Assembly: GCA_963775465.1 (NCBI GenBank) | Contig: CAVZIW010000001.1 | Location: 64,001-128,000 of the forward strand | Direction of reading: 5' to 3' | Length of the DNA stretch: 64,000 nt | DNA from: Candidatus Bathyarchaeota archaeon | GTDB lineage: Archaea > Thermoproteota > Bathyarchaeia > Bathyarchaeales > Bathycorpusculaceae | Shown here: one piece after another, positions 42,295 to 52,366 of the stretch | Position numbering within the stretch: the first letter of the stretch is position 1 | Layout: each line of letters begins with the position of its first letter | Notes under the pieces: generated by a model | What the model saw: only the letters and a program-made list of their open reading frames with translations | Told to the model about the DNA's origin: nothing | Database searches by the model: none | Translations under genes and position numbers: made by a program

Positions 42295-45200
42295 TTGCCT
42301 GCTGCAAAGAATAATGCAATGAGAGTTCTACATGTTGAAGATGATCCATCCATCATAGAAATCTCGAAACGCATTCTAACTGAAATGAATCCCAACTTTA
42401 AGATCGAAGGTGCAAGTTGTGTTGATGAAGCCTTCAAGAAACTGTCAACTGGAAGATATGATGTCGTGGTTTCAGATTATGGGCTGCCCAGAAAAAACGG
42501 TTTACAGTTCCTTAAAGAGTTGCGTGAAGCAAAAAACGAAATCCCATTCATCCTATTTACAGGCAAAAGCAAAGAAGAAGTAGTTATCGAAGCCCTAAAT
42601 CTCGGAGCAGATGGATACTTCAACAAACAAGGCAATCTAAAGACAGTTTATGGAGAATTGGCTCATCGAATTAAGCGATTAGTAGATCAAAATCGCCCTA
42701 GTGCAACGTTATACAGTGAAAAAGAACGTTTTAGCCAACTATTCAATAACACACCTATGGCTGTAGCAATCTACGAGGCAGTTGATTATGGAGAAGATTT
42801 TATTATTAAAGATTTTAATGCCGCCGCTGAACAGATTGAAAAAATTGATAAAAAGGAGATTTTAGAAAAACGCGTTACTGCAGTTTTTCCTGGTGTAAAA
42901 AAATTTGGCATTTTTGAGGTTTTCAAACGTGTTTGGAATAGTGGGAAAACAGAACATTTTCCCGCAGCGATATATCAAGATGATCGAGAAAATGGTTCGT
43001 GGCGTGAAAACTGGGTGTTTAAACTATCAAACAATATCATCGTGGCTATTTACTGGGATGTCTCCGAACGTAAACGGGCTGAAAAGACGCTGATTCAAAG
43101 CGAGTCACATTACCGTTTGTTAGCAGATAATATGCATGATGTCATTTGGACAATGGATTTAGAGGGTCATTTCACATATGTTAGTCCATCGGTCTACCAG
43201 TTGAGAGGCTATACGTCTGAAGAAGTAATGAAACAATCAATTTCTGAAGCTCTATCTCCGGATTCAGCAATAAAAGTATTTGAGGGGATGAAAGTCTTCA
43301 ATGAAACTGGAAAAATTCCTTCTTCTTATTTTGAATTACAGCAACCTTGTAAAGATGGTTCAGTTGTTCTTACTGAAGTTAACTTTTCCGTTCTTCATGA
43401 CCAAGATGGAAGACCTTACTCTATTTTAGGTGTAAGCCGTGATGTTACCCAACGAAAGGAAGCTGAAGACGAACTTAAGCAGAAAAATGAGATTCTTGAA
43501 AGAGTAGCGGAAAGCATTGATGCTGGCTTGGCCATAATCGGCAAGGATTACCGTGTGGTTTGGGCTAATAAGCGTCTTAACGATTTGGGTGTTTTACCTG
43601 ACAAGAAGTGCTACCAGACCTTTAACAGGCTAAATTCAGTTTGTCCTGATTGCGGGGTTAAGAAAGTTTTTGAGGAAAACGCAGTTTTAGATGTCCATGA
43701 ATTTGAAACAGTAGATAAGAACGGTGAAAAAACTTGGATTGAGCTAAGAGTTAACCCTCTAAGAGATAAAAATGGAAACGTGATAGCTGCAATAGAACTT
43801 GCAGTGCCAGTCACTGAGCGGAAGAAAGCTGAAATAAAATTGAGAAAAAGTGAAGAAAAGCACAGGAATCTTGCGGATTCTCTGCCTGAAATCGTTTTTG
43901 AGACGGATATTTATGGTAAATTAATTTATGCAAATCAAAGCGCTTTTAGAATAACTGGCTATACTAAAGCTGATTTTGACAAAGGGATTTGTGTTTTCGA
44001 TATAATTGAAGAAAAAGACAAAAAGAAAGCCAAAAAAGAATTCAAAAGAATAATCGCAAATAAACCTACCGTTGACAAAGAGTACTTTTTTGTTAGAAAA
44101 GATGGCAGCATCTGTCCAACAATGACTTACAGTAAACCAATCATTGTTGATGGTAAAACTGTTGGTATCAGAGGCATAGCCGTAGATATTACGCAACATA
44201 AAAAAGCCGAAGAAGCTCTAAAAGAAAGTGAGAATAGATTAAGAGCAATAGTTGCTAATGCTCAAATCGGAATTGCAACATCAGATGATAATAACCGCTT
44301 CTTAAGCGCAAATGAAGCATTCTGCAAAATACTAGGCTACACTGAAGAGGAACTGCAGAAACTAACCTACAAAGACATAACGTATCCAAGTGATCTCAAA
44401 GTGAGCATTCTGAAAATGAATGATCTAAAAAACGGCAGAATATCATCCTTCACGATTGAAAAACGATACGTTAAAAAAGATGGAACTGTGATTGACGCAA
44501 AAATAATGGTTAGTGGAGTGCCAAATGAGAATAGCCAGCCCAGTCTTTTTGTTGCTGAACTTGAAGACATCACCGAGCAAAAGGTCTTGGAAAGTAAGGT
44601 AAACAACTATTCTAAACACTTGGAAAGTTTAGTTGAATTGAGAACTGCCCAGTTAAAGAGTGCTAATGAACGACTGGTCAAGTCTGAACGTCTTGCAACT
44701 ATAGGTGAATTAGCTGGAATGGTTGGCCATGACCTCCGCAATCCTTTAGCAGCGATTAAGAACGCAGCATATTACCTGAAAAAGAAAGATCCATCAATTT
44801 CTGAAGCGCAATCTCAAGAAATGCTAGAAATCCTTGATAGAGCTATTAACCACTCAGACAAAATCATCAATGATCTACTAGATTATTCAAGGGAACTGCA
44901 TTTGAGCCTCAAAAAATGTTCAGTTCCATATCTTATTGATTTGACTCTTGGAATGATAAAGGTTCCAGAACAAATTAAAATTGTTAATCTTGTTCATAAT
45001 GAATCTTGGGTTTCGGTCGACGCTGAAAAGATTATGCGTGTCTTCATTAATCTAATTGAGAATGCACTTGACGCAATGTCTGATAAAGGAAAACTCGAAA
45101 TCACGAGTTGCCTATCAACAGATTACGTGGAGATTGCATTCAAAGATAACGGCACAGGGATTCCAGATGACATTTTGCCAAAGCTTTTTTTGCCATTGAT

Positions 45201-45396
45201 AACGACGAAGGCACAAGGAATGGGGTTTGGTTTGGCGTTTTGTAAACGTATTATTGAAGCTCATGGAGGATCCATAAAAGTAAAAACAAAATTGAATAAA
45301 GGAACAACTTTTACGGTGACTTTGCCACTTAAAATAAAAGAGAATAATGAACAAGAAAAAATTTGGCTGAGCTTGCCTGATAAGATAGTAACTTAA
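42295..45396 (+). CDS. Hybrid REC-multiPAS sensor histidine kinase
   Basis: VLHVEDD receiver, about five PAS/PAC repeats, GHDLRNPL, NLIENALDA, DNGTGI, GMGFGL. Confidence 0.95.
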   Translation: MPAAKNNAMRVLHVEDDPSIIEISKRILTEMNPNFKIEGASCVDEAFKKLSTGRYDVVVSDYGLPRKNGLQFLKELREAKNEIPFILFTGKSKEEVVIEALNLGADGYFNKQGNLKTVYGELAHRIKRLVDQNRPSATLYSEKERFSQLFNNTPMAVAIYEAVDYGEDFIIKDFNAAAEQIEKIDKKEILEKRVTAVFPGVKKFGIFEVFKRVWNSGKTEHFPAAIYQDDRENGSWRENWVFKLSNNIIVAIYWDVSERKRAEKTLIQSESHYRLLADNMHDVIWTMDLEGHFTYVSPSVYQLRGYTSEEVMKQSISEALSPDSAIKVFEGMKVFNETGKIPSSYFELQQPCKDGSVVLTEVNFSVLHDQDGRPYSILGVSRDVTQRKEAEDELKQKNEILERVAESIDAGLAIIGKDYRVVWANKRLNDLGVLPDKKCYQTFNRLNSVCPDCGVKKVFEENAVLDVHEFETVDKNGEKTWIELRVNPLRDKNGNVIAAIELAVPVTERKKAEIKLRKSEEKHRNLADSLPEIVFETDIYGKLIYANQSAFRITGYTKADFDKGICVFDIIEEKDKKKAKKEFKRIIANKPTVDKEYFFVRKDGSICPTMTYSKPIIVDGKTVGIRGIAVDITQHKKAEEALKESENRLRAIVANAQIGIATSDDNNRFLSANEAFCKILGYTEEELQKLTYKDITYPSDLKVSILKMNDLKNGRISSFTIEKRYVKKDGTVIDAKIMVSGVPNENSQPSLFVAELEDITEQKVLESKVNNYSKHLESLVELRTAQLKSANERLVKSERLATIGELAGMVGHDLRNPLAAIKNAAYYLKKKDPSISEAQSQEMLEILDRAINHSDKIINDLLDYSRELHLSLKKCSVPYLIDLTLGMIKVPEQIKIVNLVHNESWVSVDAEKIMRVFINLIENALDAMSDKGKLEITSCLSTDYVEIAFKDNGTGIPDDILPKLFLPLITTKAQGMGFGLAFCKRIIEAHGGSIKVKTKLNKGTTFTVTLPLKIKENNEQEKIWLSLPDKIVT

Positions 45397-45561
45397 AGAT
45401 GTTCTCATTTGTGCATTTTTTACAATTTGCCCTATATACTTTTTAACCAAATAACCTCCGGGTCTTTTCATGGTTTATTCGAGTTTTGGCGCTTTAGTGA
45501 TTCTCGCAAAACCCCTGAAAAAGGCAGAGTTTGAAAAGCTTTTAAACATTTAGAAATCAAT

Positions 45562-45672
45562 ATGAACTGTGTCCCGGTGGCGCAACCGAATTCATACAAA
45601 GTAGCTAAAAAGTATTGCCCAAAATGTTGTGCCGGAACAGCCCCTAAAGTTGAAGATCCCAAATGCGGATAA
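45562..45672 (+). CDS. Possible Cys-rich micro-protein (36 aa)
   Basis: MNCVPVAQPNSYKVAKKYCPKCCAGTAPKVEDPKCG; TATA-like AAAGCTTTTAAAC just upstream. Confidence 0.35.
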   Translation: MNCVPVAQPNSYKVAKKYCPKCCAGTAPKVEDPKCG

Positions 45673-45774
45673 GACTAAGACATAAGCAAATTTCCTAAAA
45701 AAAGACAAGGGATATGGTGCGGGTAATGTTGACGGGTGACAATATATATTTAGTTATGCACCCAATCAAAAGCC

Positions 45775-46713
45775 ATGGAACCTCAAATTTGCACTTGCTG
45801 CAAAACTCGTCGAGCTTTCTTTTTTCGACAGTACTCAGGGGAGCGGCTGTGCAAAAAATGCTTTACCCAATCCATCGAAGCCAAAGTTCGCGCAACAATT
45901 ACCCGTTACCATATGTTAAACTTTAATGATCATCTGGCGGTGGCGGTTTCAGGAGGCAAAGACAGCCTTAGCATACTTTACATTTTGGCGAAGCTTAGGA
46001 AGTTCCGACCTAAAACCACTCTAACGGCGGTCACTGTGGATGAAGGTATCAAAGGGTATCGTGACGAAGCTTTGGAAATTGCTTCCGCTTTATGTGAGAA
46101 GCTTGCGGTTCCTCAACATCTTGTTTCTTTTAAGGAATTGTACGGTTTTACGCTTGATGAAATGATAGCGCGAGTTCGTGAAAGGGGGCGAACTGAACTT
46201 ACTGCTTGCGCTTATTGCGGTGTACTGCGGCGGAGGGCTATAAACGCAGGTGCAAAGCAAGTTAAAGCTGACAAAATCGCAACTGGACACACCTTAGATG
46301 ATGAAGTTCAAACGGAGCTTATGAACATTTTTCATGGTGACATCGCACGCTTAGCCAAAGAGAAACCCGTCACAAGTGAAGTACATCCTTTATTCGTGCA
46401 GAAAATCAAGCCTTTTTGTGAAATTCCTGAAAAAGAAAGTGCTCTTTACGCTTATGTTAAAAAAATCGATTTCCAAGACACTCCTTGTCCTTATGCTTCG
46501 GAAGCGTTACGTAACGACATCCGAGGAATGCTCAACTGCATTGAAGCTAAACATGCGGGAACCAAGTTCACGGTTTTCAAAGCTATAGAGCGACTGCGTC
46601 CAGCCATCGAAGAAACTGTTAAAAAAGAAAGCTTTAAAACTTGCATGGAATGTGGTGAGCCTTCTGCTTTGGATATTTGTAAAACTTGTGAAATGCTTCG
46701 GCATGTGCGTTAA
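45775..46713 (+). CDS. tRNA 2-thiolation protein (NcsA/TtuA/Ctu1 family)
   Basis: SGGKDS PP-loop, CAYCGVLRRR, ATGHTLDD, CPY, terminal Zn fingers. Confidence 0.92.
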   Translation: MEPQICTCCKTRRAFFFRQYSGERLCKKCFTQSIEAKVRATITRYHMLNFNDHLAVAVSGGKDSLSILYILAKLRKFRPKTTLTAVTVDEGIKGYRDEALEIASALCEKLAVPQHLVSFKELYGFTLDEMIARVRERGRTELTACAYCGVLRRRAINAGAKQVKADKIATGHTLDDEVQTELMNIFHGDIARLAKEKPVTSEVHPLFVQKIKPFCEIPEKESALYAYVKKIDFQDTPCPYASEALRNDIRGMLNCIEAKHAGTKFTVFKAIERLRPAIEETVKKESFKTCMECGEPSALDICKTCEMLRHVR

Positions 46714-46949
46714 CTTTTGACAAAGCCTTTTTCGCTTTTTAGTTTTTTGAGAATTTCTGACGCTTCTTTAGCTGTATTTGCAGATGCAACTTTTTGTGCA
46801 CGCAAAAGGGTCACATTTGCGCCGCAGTAAGGGCAAATTTTGGTCTTCTGTGCTTTTGCAGTAAGCATATAACCTCCGCATTTGGTGCATTTTACGATTA
46901 CTGTGGTGCCCATTTGTTGGTAGCTTCCGAAAACCTTTTTCACATACAA
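46710..46949 (-). CDS. Zn-ribbon protein (DUF1922-like)
   Basis: CTKCG...KTKICPYCG; true start probably at MGTT. Confidence 0.75.
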   Translation of the reverse strand: MYVKKVFGSYQQMGTTVIVKCTKCGGYMLTAKAQKTKICPYCGANVTLLRAQKVASANTAKEASEILKKLKSEKGFVKS

Positions 46950-46987
46950 GCAGATAACAGTTTAGTAGGGATAAGAGAGCGAGCATC

Positions 46988-47347
46988 ATGAGAGATGAAG
47001 GTCAGGTAAAACCTAGAAATCGTTTAATCGAATTGGCAGTTAAGTACTTCAAAAAGGAAGGTTACAAATTAAATTATGAAAATGCCCAGTTAGAGGGTCA
47101 TAGCGGTATACTGCGTCATTTTGATTTGATTGTGCAGAAAGGGCGTTTTGAGCAGGGTGTCTGGGTTAGAGATTGGAATCGCACAATAGGTGTAAATGTC
47201 ATTATTAATTTGGATTCAGCCTCTGACGATGTGGGCATGTCAAGCCCAATAATGATAGGCGATAAATTCAGTGACCATGCAAAATCATATAGCAATCGCC
47301 GAAAAATCACGTTGTTAACTAAGCAAAAACTCGGAAGCTTACGTTAG
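46988..47347 (+). CDS. Small PD-(D/E)XK / Mrr-like restriction-endonuclease-fold protein
   Basis: YFKKEGY, GHSGILRHFDLIV, FSDHAKSY; catalytic ExK motif not evident (WVRD). Confidence 0.7.
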   Translation: MRDEGQVKPRNRLIELAVKYFKKEGYKLNYENAQLEGHSGILRHFDLIVQKGRFEQGVWVRDWNRTIGVNVIINLDSASDDVGMSSPIMIGDKFSDHAKSYSNRRKITLLTKQKLGSLR

Positions 47348-47350
47348 ACC

Positions 47351-47932
47351 TTAAGCTCTAAGGTACTGATCGGTTAATCCTTCTTTTTCTAGCATTCCAA
47401 GCCAATCTACAAATCCAATGCAACATTTCTTAGGGGCGCCCAAAACATCTAGTATTTCAGCTGTGACTTCATCCACAGTTTTTGAGGTGGCATCGATTTC
47501 GCATACTTTGCCTTGCTGGGTTTGAATGGCTTCAATTAGGCAGCTGTCAAGAATCTCAGCGGAGAGGTTTTCCCAAAGCTTGTTTTCTGTATACCCGCGG
47601 TTTTCCATGAAGATTTTAAGTTCTTTTGGGTTTCGCCGCAAAACAAACACGTTGCTGACAAGCTCGCTTGGAGTAACAGCTGGAGCGTAGTGTCCGTCAA
47701 TGATAATCGTCTGATTGGATGAATCTTGGATTGTTTTTTCCAGTTCTTGTCGCATAGCTTTTTCGTTAATTATCGTTGTTTGGCGTATTTTGTCTTCGTC
47801 AAGTGTTAAGTTACGGGTTTTTGCATAGTTCGTTAAGTTGATGTATTCCGCGTTGAGCTTGTCGGTTAGGATCTTTGCAATTGTGGTTTTTCCTACGCAT
47901 GGCGTGCCTGTTATGAGGATAACGTGTTTCAT
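47351..47932 (-). CDS. Adenylate kinase (AK6/Fap7 family)
   Basis: ITGTPCVGKTT, IIDGH, RGYTENKLWENLSAEILD, VDW. Confidence 0.92.
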   Translation of the reverse strand: MKHVILITGTPCVGKTTIAKILTDKLNAEYINLTNYAKTRNLTLDEDKIRQTTIINEKAMRQELEKTIQDSSNQTIIIDGHYAPAVTPSELVSNVFVLRRNPKELKIFMENRGYTENKLWENLSAEILDSCLIEAIQTQQGKVCEIDATSKTVDEVTAEILDVLGAPKKCCIGFVDWLGMLEKEGLTDQYLRA

Positions 47933-48089
47933 GGATTATGTTCTGTTGGGCGCTTAATTATTGGTTTTGGCTCTCAAAAAAGCATCAAAAAAGCTTAGCT
48001 CTATGGAGTTGTCTTCTATTTTGTTCGATCAAGGCAAAATTCCCACGTTTGGTGGTTATCTTTATTGGTTGGAACTGTGCAGTTTGAAT

Positions 48090-48402
48090 TGGGCTGGCGT
48101 GTTGGTGTGTGGCTTTCGGACCCCAAAGGGTCTGAGGAAACTCCGCCCACATGTAGAATTGCAGTGCCCTCAGGGTACAAGTCGAGAGGCTTGGCAACGG
48201 AGCAGAAACGAAACGTCCAACTGGATATGGCCATGACACATTTGTGATGTCGAGTCCGCCAGCTTGGAAACGATGAAACGGCCGTCCTGCAAGTGGAAAG
48301 GGCAAACAGCGCCGATGAAGTCTCTACCGGAAGGTGCAGGTAGCCCGATTAGCCGAATGCCACAAATAACAGAAGGCGGGTTACGGCCAATACACCAGCC
48401 CA
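48090..48402 (+). ncRNA. rnpB: Archaeal RNase P RNA
   Basis: P1 TGGGCTGGCGTGTTGG / CCAATACACCAGCCCA; CR-I GAGGAAACTCCGCCC; CR-II GCAGAAAC; CR-III TGAAACGG; CR-V AACAGAAGGCGGGTTA completing P4. Confidence 0.95.
48373..48401 (+). repeat. attL: 29-bp direct repeat equal to the 3' end of rnpB
   Basis: AAGGCGGGTTACGGCCAATACACCAGCCC, matched at 56931-56959 with one mismatch. Confidence 0.9.
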
Positions 48403-49609
48403 CGTATTCAACAGAAGATAGCTGAAATAACAAATAACAGCCCTTCTGTTATATACGCCAATTCTAATGCTTTGGAATATTGGAAAAAGGAATTAGCAAA
48501 TAGAGACAGCAAAACTGCTTTACGATATCTCCAATACTTCAAGGGTTTCGTGGAATACATGGGACTGACTCCAGACCAAATATTAGCACAGCGAGAGCTG
48601 GATTTAAGAAGTTTAAATAGAAAAGTACAGCGCAGATTTGAAAGTGAATTCAAAGCCTACTTAGCCAAGAAAAGGGATGAAGGATTCAAAATTGCCACCC
48701 AGCAAGTAATGTTTGCTGCAATTCGCTCATTTTTTGAAATTCACTATTGCCCTCTAATAATGAGGAAAGGAGACTATCCAAAAGGAGATAGTAACGGTGT
48801 AAAAAGAGCAACAAAAGAAGCTATACTCAAAATCTTAACAAATAAAACAAGAAATTCCTTCACTTCACACACTCTTATTTTATTCATCAAGGATACTGGA
48901 TTACGCATTAGCGACGTAGTTGCAATGAAATGTGGAGACATTCCCCATCAGATTGAGAAAGGAATTTGCCCCATACAAATTAACGTAATCACTGAGAAAA
49001 CTAACCTCTTAGCTAAGACTTTCATAGGAAAAGAAGCCATCGATGCACTCAAAACCTATCTCGAAATACGAAAAGTTGGAAGTAAATGGCATAAGGAAAT
49101 AATTCCTGAAAAAATAACGCCAAATAGCCCATTGTTTAGATCTTGGACTTGTGGCTTAGTTAAGCCTTTGAACCGAATAACCGCTTCGCATCTGATCCGA
49201 AACGCATTTCTCTACATTGAAGAGAAGAGGATGTCAGCTCACAGTTTGCGAAAGAAGCTTCAAACAGATTTGGAGAAAGCTGGAGTAAACTCTAACTGGA
49301 TAGACCAGATCTTAGGGCATCAACTCATAAACAGCCGAGACGCATACAGTTTACCGACTGATGAAGAGTTAAAAGATGCCTATACAATCGCATACCAATA
49401 CATCAATCTATTCAGATTCTACATTAACTAAGGAAGGATCTAAACAAAAGACAAATGTTTCATACGAGTCGACAAAAGCAGACAACTGCGATTATTCAGT
49501 AGCAGAGGCAAGAAATATTATAGAAGTAAAAACACTATTGGCAAAAGGCTTCAAATATGAGATGGACTACGATGGCATTAAGCTATTTACAAAAAATAGG
49601 CACTTTTAA
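48373..49609 (+). CDS. Tyrosine recombinase/integrase, C-terminal part; frame open from the att site; apparent frameshift near 49408
   Basis: TGLRISD, EKT, HSLRK, LGH, DAYS catalytic set in ORF 48472-49431; the frame continues upstream to the att (KAGYGQYTSPRIQQKIAE...); ORF 49376-49609 tail (EVKTLLAKGFKYEMDYDGIKLFTK) resembles archaeal integrase C-termini. Confidence 0.88.
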
Positions 49610-49661
49610 TGTTTGAAAGTCTTTTATACTTAAAAAACTGAAAACCCATAGAGGTAATTTC

Positions 49662-50450
49662 GTGAATCGAAGTCCAATTCAAGAACATACTACTGCACTT
49701 GTAAAGAACCTGATTAATGAATCAAAATCACTAAAAAAATTGGATCAAACAACAGTTAATGGCCGTCTAAAAGAACTGTTTATCTCTAAACTATTGAGCA
49801 AGTTTCTAACTAGCCAATTCGGAATAGGAAGTGGAGTGATAATTAATCAAATAGGCAAAGCTAGCAAGCAAATTGACATCATAATATATGATAAGAGAAT
49901 ACTACCACCGTTTATTGTTGAGCAAAACATAGGCGTTTATCCGATTGAATCTGTTTTAGCTGCCATTGAGGTACGAAGTCACGTAGATAAGTCGACAATT
50001 AAAATGTATGCAGAAAAAGCAACAAAATTAACTGCTGAAATATATGATTCTGATTGGAGTTTATACAGAGACTACTCGAAATATTTACCGTTTTATTGCC
50101 TTGTAGGTTTTTGTGATAAAGAACCATTTAAAGGTAAGAATTTTGACGAGATCTGGAGTTGGATGGCAAACAATGCCAAACCGCTTTTCGGCGTTTGCAT
50201 TATAAATAAACTTTCTTGGTTAAAAGTCTGTGGCGTAAAAGGTGCATTACATTTAGTAGACGATAATAGCGAGGAGACGAAAGCATTTATAGCGATCTTG
50301 CTTGACAATATTCGTACTTCTTCTCAGCGGAGATACCTGCACCTTGCTTATCACATAGATTGGCTAGGAATTTACACTCGAGATCAAACGGGAATAAAGA
50401 ATATTTTTGAGCAAAGAGAGGTTTCAAGAAAAGCGCAAGGAAAATTCTAG
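49662..50450 (+). CDS. Putative PD-(D/E)XK nuclease (DUF6602-like)
   Basis: GRLKE...FL...GSGVII...SKQIDIIIYD...PIESVLAAIEVRS. Confidence 0.75.
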   Translation: MNRSPIQEHTTALVKNLINESKSLKKLDQTTVNGRLKELFISKLLSKFLTSQFGIGSGVIINQIGKASKQIDIIIYDKRILPPFIVEQNIGVYPIESVLAAIEVRSHVDKSTIKMYAEKATKLTAEIYDSDWSLYRDYSKYLPFYCLVGFCDKEPFKGKNFDEIWSWMANNAKPLFGVCIINKLSWLKVCGVKGALHLVDDNSEETKAFIAILLDNIRTSSQRRYLHLAYHIDWLGIYTRDQTGIKNIFEQREVSRKAQGKF

Positions 50451-50798
50451 TAATTTGGCTACAACTTATTAATTCGTTCCAGTTTGCGCGGGTCGCTCCG
50501 CTTCCCCGCTTTCTTTCAAATGAAAAGAAAGACAAGAAAAGAAACGGTTGCAATTGCAAAACCTTCCTACACTTTAGACCTTCGTCAACGAACCAAAAAA
50601 CTATGCGCATCAATCACATATCGTTCTCTTAATAGAAAAAAGAGTTATCTAAAGTAAAAACTAAAATATCAATAATTTTAAATAATGTTGAATTGAATTC
50701 ATTTGGATTTAAGAATAGATATTTCGATAAATTTTATTTGATGCAAAATTTCTTATACAACTTACGTCTAGAATTTATAGTTAGCGAGGTATGTTGCA

Positions 50799-51908
50799 AT
50801 GGTAAATAGAGAATCTTTTTCACGTGCTAAAAAGAGTGCTAGTGAACATTACAATGCGGCTCTTGGTGCTATACTTCTTTTGGTAGTTGCGGTTACTCTC
50901 TTGATAGGTTTGCCTTCGTTTATTGATCCAGAATCAGCTGTGGGTCTGACTGTTACGGTTGTTTGTGGAGTAACGGCGCTGTTGGCCACTTTGGTTCTTA
51001 CTACTTTTATTTTAAGTTGCTTAGGCTTATCGAATAGGGATGAGGCACTTGGATTGCCAACGGGTAGCGTGCGAGCGATTATTGCTTTGAGTCTAATTCT
51101 AATCTTTTCTATCCTGAGTATTTTTATGTTTCAATATATGGATGATCCCGTGGTTACAACAACAATTAATACTGTCACAACTAATAATTCTACAATTGGT
51201 CAAGAAATAATCACAAACCAGACAGATGTAATCAAGGGGACTTCACAAGCTGTAGTTGACTTTTCTAAGCAAACGTTAACAACTGTTGGAACCTTGGTTG
51301 TTGCTATTGCGGCTTTCTATTTTGGAACAAGATCTGTTCAGGTTGCTCAAGGTTCGACAGAAAAAACTGAATTATTCATTGATCCTTCAGGAACAAAAGA
51401 ATTAGTAATAGATTCTGATAATAAACTAACACCACTTACCATTTTAATAAAGCCTACTCCAGATGACGCGGCAGTTAGTTACAAAGTAGTTGACGATGAG
51501 TATAAATCGCTACAGCGTGAGAGTTCAAACAGGTATATTTATACCCCCACTACTGCAGAGGCGAAAGATGTTACTTTAACTTTCGAAATGCCAGCTTACT
51601 CTGATGTCGCGGCTAAAGAGCTCAAAGTGAAAATTGTCAAACCTGAGCTATCTATCGAACCTTCTACAGACAAGGAAATAACAAAAGGTGCCAGTATATC
51701 TTTTGAAGCTAAACCTTCGCCTAAAGACACGGATGTTGAATGCACTTTGGCTGGCGATGATAAAGGCTCAGTGAAGCAAGATCCTAAGAACAAATTTACC
51801 TATACATCTGCAATTGACGAAGGCAAAGAGGCTACTTTAACTTTCAAAATGTCTAAGTACCCCAATGTCGCGGCTAAAGAGCTCAAAGTGAAAATTGTCA
51901 AAAAGTAG
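50799..51908 (+). CDS. Membrane protein with two C-terminal beta-rich (Ig-like) repeats
   Basis: Four TM helices with LGLPTGSVRAIIAL and FYFGTRS; duplicated YT...LTFxM..Y..VAAKELKVKIVK. Confidence 0.8.
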   Translation: MVNRESFSRAKKSASEHYNAALGAILLLVVAVTLLIGLPSFIDPESAVGLTVTVVCGVTALLATLVLTTFILSCLGLSNRDEALGLPTGSVRAIIALSLILIFSILSIFMFQYMDDPVVTTTINTVTTNNSTIGQEIITNQTDVIKGTSQAVVDFSKQTLTTVGTLVVAIAAFYFGTRSVQVAQGSTEKTELFIDPSGTKELVIDSDNKLTPLTILIKPTPDDAAVSYKVVDDEYKSLQRESSNRYIYTPTTAEAKDVTLTFEMPAYSDVAAKELKVKIVKPELSIEPSTDKEITKGASISFEAKPSPKDTDVECTLAGDDKGSVKQDPKNKFTYTSAIDEGKEATLTFKMSKYPNVAAKELKVKIVKK

Positions 51909-52057
51909 GTTGCAGAGGTAATATTAATTGACAAGCTAACTCCATCCTTTTTTTATTATCATTTCTTAATTTTCTTTAAAGAGGTTATAGACTCAGCAAA
52001 TATTTACTTATACTTCTTTTTAGCAAAGAACCTTGCAAAGAACCTATCAAATCGCAG

Positions 52058-52366
52058 CTATTCGAAGTCATTCTCAGCTCTGAATTTCTCCCATATATCC
52101 AGCATATCTACAAAACCGTAGAATAAACTAGGCAAAGTTCTAGGCGCATAAGCACCTAAAGAATCGAATGACAAAACAACATTGAAAAACAGATAATGGC
52201 TATTAAAACGATAGTAGATTGAAATGCTGTTAGTCAATCTTAATTTGTGGTATCCTTTGGAATGAGCGGGAGTCACCCAATCTCTGTCATCAACCAAGCT
52301 ATCGCTTTCGACGTTATCCAAAATCATGTTTTCCCCTCTCGACCCAAACGTCTCCTTGCCCCTCAT
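52058..52366 (-). CDS. Hypothetical protein downstream of rep
   Basis: ORF overlapping the rep stop; likely start at MILDN. Confidence 0.5.
   Translation of the reverse strand: MRGKETFGSRGENMILDNVESDSLVDDRDWVTPAHSKGYHKLRLTNSISIYYRFNSHYLFFNVVLSFDSLGAYAPRTLPSLFYGFVDMLDIWEKFRAENDFE

Noticed and set aside
47961-48433. Several overlapping ORFs on both strands
   Set aside because: They overlap the GC-rich RNase P RNA and are shadow frames
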